Assembly: GCF_902652985.1 (NCBI RefSeq)
Contig: NC_047017.1
Span: forward strand, 17,732,001-17,796,000
Source: Pecten maximus
Taxonomy: Eukaryota
Direction: 5' to 3'
Length of the DNA stretch: 64,000 bases
Position 1 is the stretch's first letter; each line of letters opens with the position of its first letter. A model generated the notes under the pieces. The model made no database searches. It had not been told where the DNA came from and worked only from the letters and a program-made list of their open reading frames with translations. The translations under genes were made by a program, and so were the position numbers. Below are positions 54,010-64,000 of the stretch, piece by piece.

Positions 54010-55833
54010 TTGTCTAGGTACGGCACCTCAGTAAAACGTCTAGTTTTAGTACCTCACACCTTAGTTTATTGTCTAGTTACAGTACCTCACACCTCAGTTT
54101 AATGTCTAGTTACAGTACCTCACAGCTCAGTTTAATGTCTAGTTACAGTACCTCACACCTCAGTTTAATGTCTAGTTACAGTACCTCACACCTCAGTTTC
54201 ATGTCTAGTTAGAGTACCTCACACCTCAGTTTAATGTCTAGTTACAGTACCTCACACCTCAGTTAAATGTCTAGTTACAGTACCTCACACCTCAGTTTAT
54301 TGTCTAGTTACAGTACCTCACACCTCAGTTTAATGTCTAGTTACAGTACCTCACACCTCAGTTAAATGTCTAGTTACAGTACCTCACACCTCAGTTGATT
54401 GTCTAGTTACAGTACCTCACACCTCAGTTGATTGTCTAGTTACAGTACCTCACACCTCAGTTTATTGTCTAGTTACAGTACCTCACACCTCAGTTTATTG
54501 TCTAGTTACAGTACCTCACACCTCAGTTTATTGTCTAGTTACAGTACCTCACACCTCAGTTTATTGTCTAGTTACAGTACCTCACACCTCAGTTTAATGT
54601 CTAGTTACAGTACCTCACACCTCAGTCTAACGTCTAGTTACAGTACCTCACACCTCAGTTTAATGTCTAGTTACAGTACCTCACACCTCAGTTTCATGTC
54701 TAGTTACAGTACCTCACACCTCAGTTTAATGTCTAGTTACAGTACCTCACACCTCAGTCTAATGTCTAGTTACAGTACCTCACACCTCAGTTTAATGTCT
54801 AGTTACAGTACCTCACACCACAGTTGATTGTCTAGTTACAGTACCTCACACCTCAGTTTAATGTCTAGTTACAGTACCTCACACCTCAGTTTCATGTCTA
54901 GTTACAGTACCTCACACCTCAGTTTAATGTCTAGTTACAGTACCTCACACCTCAGTTTAATGTCTAGTTATAGTACCTCACACCTCAGTTTATTGTCTAG
55001 TTACAGTACCTCACACCTCAGTTTATTGTCTAGTTACAGTACCTCACACCTCAGTTTAATGTCTAGTTACAGTACCTCACACCTCAGTTTAATGTCTAGT
55101 TACAGTACCTCACACCTCGGTTTAATGTCTAGTTACAGTACCTCACACCTCAGTTTATTGTCTAGTTACAGTACCTCACACCTCAGTTTATTGTCTAGTT
55201 ACAGTACCTCACACCTCAGTTTAATGTCTAGTTACAGTACCTCACACCTCAGTTTAATGTCTAGTTATAGTACCTCACACCTCAGTTTATTGTCTAGTTA
55301 CAGTACCTCACACCTCAGTTTAATGTCTAGTTACAGTACCTCACACCTCAGTTTAATGTCTAGTTACAGTACCTCACACCTCAGTTTAATGTCTAGTTAC
55401 AGTACCTCACACCTCAGTTTAATGTCTAGTTACAGTACCTCACACCTCAGTTTAATGTTTAGTTACAGTACCTCACACCTACGTTTAATGTCTAGTTACA
55501 GTACCTCACACCTCGGTTTAATGTCTAGTTACAGTACCTCACACCTCAGTTTAATGTCTAGTTAGAGTACCTCACACCTCAGTTTAATATCTAGTTACAG
55601 TACCTCACACCTCAGTTTAATGTCTAGTTACAGTACCTCACACCTCAGTTTAATGTTTAGTTACAGTACCTCACACCTCAGTTTAATGTCTAGTTACAGA
55701 ACCTCACACCTCAGTTTAATGTTTAGTTACAGTACCTCACACCTACGTTTAATACTTAGTTACAGTACCTCACACCTCAGTTTAATGTTTAGTTACAGTA
55801 CCTCGCACCTACGTTTAATACTTAGTTACAGTA
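54010..55833. repeat. 33-bp minisatellite, about 55 copies
   Basis: Unit AGTTACAGTACCTCACACCTCAGTTTAATGTCT, ending about 110 bp before the acceptor of the ATG exon of paralogue 2. Confidence 0.97.
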
Positions 55834-55965
55834 CAGTTCTACACACAGCGCAACTATAGTTTGTTTTTATAATTCAGACCATGGATTGTTTGTGAGATGG
55901 AACATGATCTGTAATAAATCTCTTTCGATTTTCCAATTTAGGTATAAACTTCATTCAACTTCACC

Positions 55966-57046
55966 ATGGCCAAAAGTCAAACCCAGCATGGTACTCTGAG
56001 GTGGTCACACGGAATACTTGGAATAGTGATAATGCTATTTTTGTTCAGTATGGTTCTTTCGTCATTGGTGACGTCACAGTACGTAGTTTATCACCTGCAA
56101 ACACACATGTTTCCGAACTCAAGTTATTCTGCGTCGGATGGGTCAACCTGTAATGTTAACACATCTTCAGAGGAGTATCAGCAGAGGACGGCGGTACAGA
56201 AATCTGCCTCACATCTTAATATTTTCATAAAAATAAGTGATACTATACCAGCTCTCATTACCAGCGCCATCATTGGCGGCCTTAGTGATCGGTTCGGAAG
56301 GACCCGGATTCTAACGTTTAACGCACTATTCTGTTGCCTAGCGACATGTTGTTCTAGTGTTATCATTTATTTCGATATCGACATTTACTACTTCTTAATC
56401 AGCAGTATCTTGTACAGCGCTGGGGGAGGTCTATACGGTGCTCTTTCCATTGGATACGCCTATATCTCTGATGTGACAAGTCCTGGAAAACAGCGAACGT
56501 TGATGATTACTTTTCTTGAAGCATCCATCGGAATTGGTTCGGGAGCATCCGGGCTCGTTTCTGGATACATCATTGAGAGTATTGGCTTCTTCTATGCCAA
56601 TATATGTGTGTGTGCTTCGGCGGCCTGTTCCGTTTTAGTGGTTGTGTTGTTTCTGCCATATTCACGCCCTCCTGAACTATTAATAACAAACACGTCATTT
56701 TTTGAAAATGCTCGTGCATCATTTACATTTTATATCCGTGCATCACCTCGTAGACACAAATATATACTCGCTATTACTATTTTCTTGACCGCGGCGCTTT
56801 CTCTTTTAGGGAAACAAAGTACAGAAATTCTGTATCAACTGAATGCACCGTTTTGTTGGTCTTCTATCAAAGTTGGATATTACTCGGCGATTTCATTATC
56901 CTCAACAATGGTTTTAGGCGTTGCAATCGTCAAGGTTTTGCATAATTTTTTCTCTGAGGAAACAATCGCCATCTTTAGTGGTATCTCCGGCATAGCAGCG
57001 TGTACGGTGGAGGCGTTTGCCATCAAAGACGTCGTGCTATTCATGG
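55966..57046 (+). CDS. SLC46/PCFT-like MFS transporter, paralogue 2, coding exon 1
   Basis: GGLSDRFGRTR, YAYISDVT, YQLNAPFCWSSIKVG; collinear with 39810-41016; donor G|gtaagt. Confidence 0.92.
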
Positions 57047-59795
57047 GTAAGTAATAAACTCTCTTTATTTTTTTCAACATGAAGTATTTCAACGGAAAAG
57101 TTGCCGTTTTATTTGAAAACTTGCTACAACGGAGAATGCAGACATAATAACGAAATCATAATTCTAATTCAAAATCGATAAGACCTGAAGGTTTAATATA
57201 CATGTAGATTTTTATGGAAATCCTCAAAGAGACCCTTAAAAGTACAAGGAGAATGACATCAGGTGTTTCAAAATAGTAAGCGTCGTCTGCTTCACGACAA
57301 CACTTACCATACAAATCTAGGTAAAAGTTAAGTTCCTGACTCAAAATTACAAATGTTTTGGGGGACAAATTTGACATATCAACGAGCATCACGAACACGT
57401 CTGACATCAAATCACTAAAGCGAATACATGTATAAAATTTCCAAATGAGACCTTGATGTTGACTATAAAACTTCCCCGGTGATCCTCATCAAACTGTATC
57501 TCTCGATTGAATAATAATCACAGCTTTATATGTCGCTAAACGTCATTGAAGGCGACAGTTCAGTACGCATTAGTTTTCACGATAACCTTTAATGCCTTTT
57601 AAATGGAAAAATGATATTATTTAATTTTAATGCACTTACTTATACTTTATAAACTGTAGTCTGGAATGATACTTGTGGTATTATACAAGTGTTTGTTCTA
57701 AATCGTGTCATTTATAATGAACTTTATTCTTTCCAAAATTAGGGAGAGGGCTTATATAGGCTTTTGCCTGTTGCCCAATACCCATTGAAATTAATTCAAT
57801 AAAATCTTTGTGAAATGAACTTTATTCTGTTAATTTACCAGTAATATCTCTTAATGTAATATTTGTTGTGTCTAATTTTGTTATCATACTTATGGTTGTC
57901 ACAATAATAGCTCGCACGAACTAAGTCTCTTTGTTTATATATATGCGACGTTAAAGTTTCTTGTATCTTGTATCCTTTATTCCCATTCAAACTTGCGCCA
58001 GAAATATGTGGTATATAGAGAAAATGTTGGAGTGAAACTTCACAGCTGTTCAGAAGATACCTTTACAATACGGTACTTGCGTTCAAGAAATGAATGAAGC
58101 AAACAAAATAGAGATTTTTTTGGATGGCGTCTTTTGCCTCCCCTAATGGATAATATAGCTGTATGGTACAGTTTGATATGACCCTATAAATACTGTATCT
58201 CTTATACTGAAATCCTGTGTCTTTTTAAGGGGCATCTAAACAGCAAATCAAGTAAAAACTATGCTATTTTACAAGCCTATAAATTCCTACTATAGTACAA
58301 TTTAACAGAGGTGGTAACTTTATCATGTTTTAGTTCATTGTATCATTGCAAAACCGCGGACCTTGCTGTTGATGTAATTTGTTAAGTTGTTTGTAAATTT
58401 CAAAAAACAAAACATGCGAAAAATGCATGTTTCAGGGGGACACAATAACCTCTTTTGTATATTGCACAAACTAACCTTGCCGTTTTGCTCACACGTATCT
58501 AGAGCACACGACAGGGCATTGGTCTGACAAGATTTGACTTCATAATATGCGTAAACACTGATTTTATTTTAACGCCATCAAGAACTCTAGACATGGCAAG
58601 CAGTCTGTTTTAGGAAAAAAATGTTCAACCGCTGAGTTTGGGTAAAAGCTGCCTATTTCCGAAAAAAGGCCCCAAACTCACCAGTTTGATATATCTTAAA
58701 AACATCCTTCTTACTATGATCAGATGTCTTAAAAGTATGATATAGGAGCATTTGTATTGCCTTCTTTATGCCGTATTTGTGTAACATTATTCACAGACGC
58801 CATTTGCATTCAAAGTCAGAACAAAAACAGTGCTTATACGTACATGAAGTCAAATCCGGTCAAACAAATGCTCCTTCCGTGTGTTATAGACACTTATGAG
58901 CATAATTTGTGTGACTTGGAATCCTTCCATGCTCCATCTTACCACAAAGAAGCTCTATAGAAACCACTGATATCATCTACAGCAAATTATTGGTATATTA
59001 CATGACTATTTTTGTGCAAAGTTGTAGATATTTATTCGAAATGCAACGTTATTCTATATAGATGACCCTTAGATGTTGGAACAGCTGTTTCTAATGTAAC
59101 CATTATTGTCATGCCTCAAACCTTTTATTAAATTCTTTGAATAATTTGAATTACACTTTTTATCATGAATCGTCGGGATCTAATATGCAAGAAAGATTTG
59201 AACCTTTTCATTTTAAAAATACTCACGTGTAGCTGTTCTTGATGTCCAATTTTTGCACTGGTAGACTTATTTACGGAAATGTACAATGTATGTTTAGACA
59301 TTTTGTCTTGCGCTGAAAGGAAATATCAATATTGATCAACTCTTAGTTTTTGATTATTGATACTATTATGGAACGGATGTTGGGTTGTTTGCTTTATGAC
59401 ATCTGCTGAAAATTATCATAAATCTATCAATGGTGCTATTCTTATATGACTTGAAATTTAGACAGCATGGCAGACACCTTTCAGATGTATTTTTGATAAA
59501 GCTAATACTGTGTTTTAGACGGTCAATACGACAATTTGTCAACATGAGAATGGTGATATTCCTAGAGGACAGGCAATAACTTTATAATATCTCATTTTCC
59601 ATGTCATCAATGCAGTACTGGAAATGCAGTCATATTTAAAACATTAATTTCAGTATTTCAAGCAAACAGTTGACTGAGACAAGAATAGACAAAACGGCTG
59701 ACCAACCTCTTCGTTTATTTCTTAAAGGCTTGGCATTAACAACTTAATCTTTGCCAAATTTTTTTTATGTTTATCTGTGATTATTATTATTTCAG

Positions 59796-59879
59796 TGCCA
59801 GTAATTGGTTTCCTAAGTGCATTAGTTTTCCCGATGACTCGATCGATACTGTCCAAGCTTACTTCACCGGACAGACAGG
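59796..59879 (+). CDS. SLC46-like paralogue 2, coding exon 2 (84 nt)
   Basis: ttcag|(V)PVIGFLSALVFPMTRSILSKLTSPDRQ G|gtaagt. Confidence 0.92.
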
Positions 59880-60090
59880 GTAAGTGACTCTTTAATTTCA
59901 TTCATTATAAGATTGGCTTAGCCCAAGTGAAACTAAGCTTACTTCACCGGGCAGACAGTGTAAATGACACGTTGATTTCAGTGATTATAAGATTAGCTTA
60001 CCCCAAGTCAAACTAAGTTTACTTTACCAGACGGGGTAAGTCATACTTTAATTTCATATATTAAAAGATTGGCGTAGCCCAAGTTAAAAT
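59855..60090 (+). repeat. About 80-bp unit in 3 copies, spanning the exon end and 5' splice site
   Basis: AAGCTTACTTCACCGG..CAGACAG(G/T)GTAA...AAGATT(G/A)GCTTA(G/C)CCCAAGT..AACT at 59855, 59935 and 60015. Confidence 0.88.
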
Positions 60091-60207
60091 CAGCAAATTT
60101 AACTCACCCTAATCTTACACTAAAACCTCCTCTCACATTGAATTTATTTACCATTGTAGGTATTTCATTATTTACCAATGTAGGTATTCCATTTTGTATC
60201 GTTACAG

Positions 60208-60364
60208 GTGCCCTATTTGCCGGAATAGCTGTTGTGGAGATAGTTGCAAACCTCGGAAGTAATGCTGGAGCGGCGGCCATCTACATAGCAACTGTTGGTA
60301 CCATGCGAGGATTCGTCTTCCTCTGTTTTGCCGGCCTGTCCTTTGTAACCACATGTCTTCTCTT
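60208..60364 (+). CDS. SLC46-like paralogue 2, coding exon 3 (157 nt)
   Basis: ttacag|(G)ALFAGIAVVEI...MRGFVFLCFAGLSFVTTCLL|gtaagt. Confidence 0.92.
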
Positions 60365-60604
60365 GTAAGTATAAATTTTTTTTACATCTTATCAAATTGA
60401 GAATCAATTTTTCGTTACGGCATCAAATTCTTTGTTTTCATATTGGAAATGATAAACTATTGCCGCTATGGAACAATTTATCTGTTTATTTGTTGAAGAA
60501 AACCATTCCTTTGTTCGGTGCAAAGTATACGGAAAGCGAAAGTGAAAGTGACGTTGTTAGCATATCACCACTTCTTGTATCCATACCATGTCTGTAGCAT
60601 GTCT

Positions 60605-60950
60605 TATTTGTCTTTGGAATCGAATCCTTTGTTTTGTGATCGTTTGTCTTTGAAATACTTTTTTTATGATCTTTTGTCTGTGAAATCCATTGTTTGATGA
60701 TCCTTTGTCTTTGGAAACCATTGTTATGTTATCCTTTGTCTTTGGAGCCCTTTGTTTTGTGATCCTTTGTCTTTGGAACCCCTAGTTTTGTAATCCTTTG
60801 TCATTTGAATCCTTTCTTTGGTGATCCTTTGTCTTTGGAATCCTTTCTTTGGTGATTATTTGTCTTTGGAACCCCTTGTTTTGTGATCCTTTTGTCATTG
60901 GAATCCTTTGTTTGGTGATCCTGTGTCGTTGGAAACCTTAATTTTTGTGA
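60605..60950. repeat. Diverged pyrimidine-rich minisatellite with a unit of about 30 bp
   Basis: Recurring GTGATCCTTTGTCTTTGGAATCCTTTGTTTT. Confidence 0.8.
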
Positions 60951-61044
60951 ACTACAAATGACACTCATCACTGTGTGTATGTGTCGGTAATATGGACAAT
61001 GTCTTCAAATAATTAACACGTTATTATTCGTGATTTTATTTCAG

Positions 61045-61147
61045 AATTTATCGTATCATAAATAGAAGATCGCAAACCGTACCTATAGCGAATGTGACCG
61101 CAGACACCACTGGTACACAAGTATTGACACAACACGAGGGAGACTGA
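61045..61147 (+). CDS. SLC46-like paralogue 2, terminal exon
   Basis: tttcag|A ATT TAT CGT = (L)IYRIINRRSQTVPIANVTADTTGTQVLTQHEGD*. Confidence 0.85.
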
Positions 61148-62059
61148 GATTAACTTTCTGACAGAACATATACTGTTCATTTCCAAATGTTTATTCTTTT
61201 TCGAAAATCGTACCAGAGGTCAGTCCTCCATTTTCATGTTAGGAGACATTTTAATGATGGAACACAGGTACACTAAAGAAGAGCATCTTAAGGGGATGTT
61301 TGAAATATCACGTGGTATGTGTTGGAAATTGAGTTATATCTAACTCAGCTTAAACTTTTTCTTTGTTGCGTTTTTTTTTTTTTTATTATTTTTAAAGAAA
61401 AGTTGCCTACACTTATTAATTGTAATATGATAATGGTATAGAAATGTTGGTACATATCTAATGTAATTGTTAACCTTTAACAACTTCTCGTTATGTGATT
61501 CTTTGTGATATGGACGTGATTTTATTTTAGAACTTCATTGCTGTGTAGTGAAAAATCAATAGTTCTCATAAGATATCACTAAAATATTCTTCTTTGCAAT
61601 GTTATAAAGCAGAAATTGTAATTGAGATATGGACATATTTATTATAATTTTCAATCCAATCCTGGCATTTGATTTTAAGACCTATATGTCATAAAGGATT
61701 ATACTACACCAACAATTAATTAGCTCAATCTAATGAAGTAATGATTCATTAATTAATGTTTTTAAAATTCTCCACAAATATTATTTATCACGTTTTAAAG
61801 AGTACGTTTAAACCAATTTTATTTTCACGGAAAGCATATGTTGTTCAACACAGACAATCTCATCCACAAAGTTCCTGTTACCTTATGAAAAAATTATCAT
61901 GAAAAAGTCCAGATAGTGTGATAGAAAATTACTCAGTGATTTCGTTCGGTGTAATTTATTCAATAGAATAATGCATTCAGAAGAAATGAAGCGAGTTATT
62001 TTTACAAACTTCTACAAACTATATACTAGGTACAAGTAAATCAATATTCTATGTTTTTT

Positions 62060-62785
62060 TGTATTACGTATACCTAAGTGTTTATATAATGTATGGATGT
62101 ATGTATTACGTATACCTAAGTATTTATATAATGTATGTTTGTGTGTATTACGTATACCTGATCATTGATAATGTCTGTATGTGTGTATTACATATACCTG
62201 ATCATTGATAATGTCTGTATGTGTGTATTACATATACCTGATCATTGATAATGTATGTATGTGTGTATTACGTATACCTGATCATTGATAATGTATGTAT
62301 GTGTGTATTACGTATACCTGATTATTGATAATGTATGTATGTGTGTATTACGTATACCTGATTATTGATAATGTATGTATGTGTGTATTACATATACCTG
62401 ATTATTGATAATGTTTGTGTGTATTACGTATACCTGATCATTGATAATGTATGTATGTGTGTATTACGTATACCTGATCATTGATAATGTATTTATGAGT
62501 GTATTACGTATACCTGATCATTGATAATGTATGTATGTGTGTATTACGTATACCTGATCATTGATAATGTATGTATGTGTGTATAACGTATACCTGATTC
62601 TTGATAATGTATTTATGTGTGTATTACATATACCTGATCATTGATAATGTATGTATGTGTGTATTACATATACCTGATCATTGATAATGTATGTATGTGT
62701 GTATTACATATACCTGATCAATGATAATGTATTTATGTGGGTATTACGCATACCTGATCATTTATAATGTGTTTGTATTACCTAA
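62060..62785. repeat. 38-bp minisatellite, about 19 copies
   Basis: Unit GTATTACGTATACCTGATCATTGATAATGTATGTATGT. Confidence 0.95.
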
Positions 62786-64000
62786 TGATTATTTTTGAAT
62801 GTACATATATGTATATAATGTGATTTATAGCAACGCACGGCATGTGTATTACAATATCATAAGTGACCCATGTATGATATGATATCATTAACGAATAGCG
62901 AATGGGTGTCCTCCTACATGATGACGGTTTCCAATTTCAGTGTTAGTAAACAATTAGGTTTATAGGTTACGACAATAGACATGATGTCGATAACATAGGC
63001 CAGTATTTGTACTTTAATTGTTTTGTGATCAGCAATTACATTTGACTGTCCTTGCCTTATTGTTTATAAATAAGTATATCTAGTATAAGAAATGAAATAA
63101 AAAAAAAGAGCAATATCCATTTGATATATCAAGTATAAATTGAACACTACATATACTGTACGTAGACGACATGTTGGGTCACACCAGATTGGACGGACGC
63201 AGTGATGATTAAAACAGCTGTTGCTTGAACTATCAATAAACCTTGTACAATGTCCAATCGTATGAGTTATTATTGTATGTTAAATAATTTCTGTGAAAGG
63301 TGTTATCCTCACGATTGATTTTATCTAGTTGGCCCTACCTGATCTAATGATAGCTCAAAATTTCAATCTCAAAGAAAGATCAACACAATTACTACATTGA
63401 TATCCATAAACTACCAAGCCATTTGTTTCTTTCGCAACAGACAAGCATTTATGTGAACTTGATAAATCGCTTTACCATGTACTAACAGAAATTTTATTTG
63501 TCAACAGGGCACTTATTTATCTGTTGTGAAGGCCCCTATTTAGAACGAAAGATATATGAAGGTGAATTGCAAAAGACATTTTGGTGATATTAATTTTGTA
63601 TAATAATATCTTTAGAATGGAATGAAATATAGAATTTCACATAAAAAAAAACTCTCTTGAACTCAGAGTATACCATTTGCAGCTTCGTTGAAGAATTAAT
63701 AACCGACAAATGTTGTTTTAGTTAAGAGAATGTGAAAACAGATTGGAACTTAGTAGCACATTGTGATGTCTTTGTTGCAAGACTGCATTTACATTCTTCT
63801 CCCAGATGTATCAAAGTGTTCGTGTAACCTCAGCAGGGGAAATGGAATTTGTGCTGCACATACACTAGTGATAAAAAGCGACATCGTCCGGAATATACGT
63901 CTGACGCGCAGAGCTTGGGAGTATGAGATAACTTCGAGCTCATACATAGTGTGGAGAGGGTCAAAATCAGATAAAGGGGAACATGCATCCGAAAACGTTT

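Noticed and set aside
54432-55859. Ser-rich ORFs (SSYSTSHLSLM)n
   Set aside because: Translation of a 33-bp minisatellite, interrupted by stops, with no supporting exon structure.

Overview
AT-rich animal genomic DNA with spliceosomal introns. The SINE and MITE repertoire suggests a mollusc, probably a bivalve (inference). Left: the first two coding exons of an unconventional myosin on the minus strand, whose second intron has a U12-type donor. It sits head-to-head (441 bp between ATGs) with a 7-exon ZNF318 orthologue (13120-22453); the large exon 2 of ZNF318 needs two +1 frame corrections. Middle (24-38 kb): transposon debris, a young non-autonomous LTR element encoding only a zinc-knuckle/coiled-coil protein, and minisatellites. 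Right: two tandem SLC46/PCFT-like MFS transporter paralogues, separated by a Tx1/L1 LINE fragment and nested IS3EU-type foldback elements. The most striking structure is a 43-bp minisatellite in paralogue 1 built from a real 3' splice site plus the start of the exon. It gives 55 tandem acceptors; 54 are followed by a GTATGT donor-like motif that would define a 24-nt microexon, either stop-containing or in-frame. In paralogue 2 the donor side of the same exon is triplicated.
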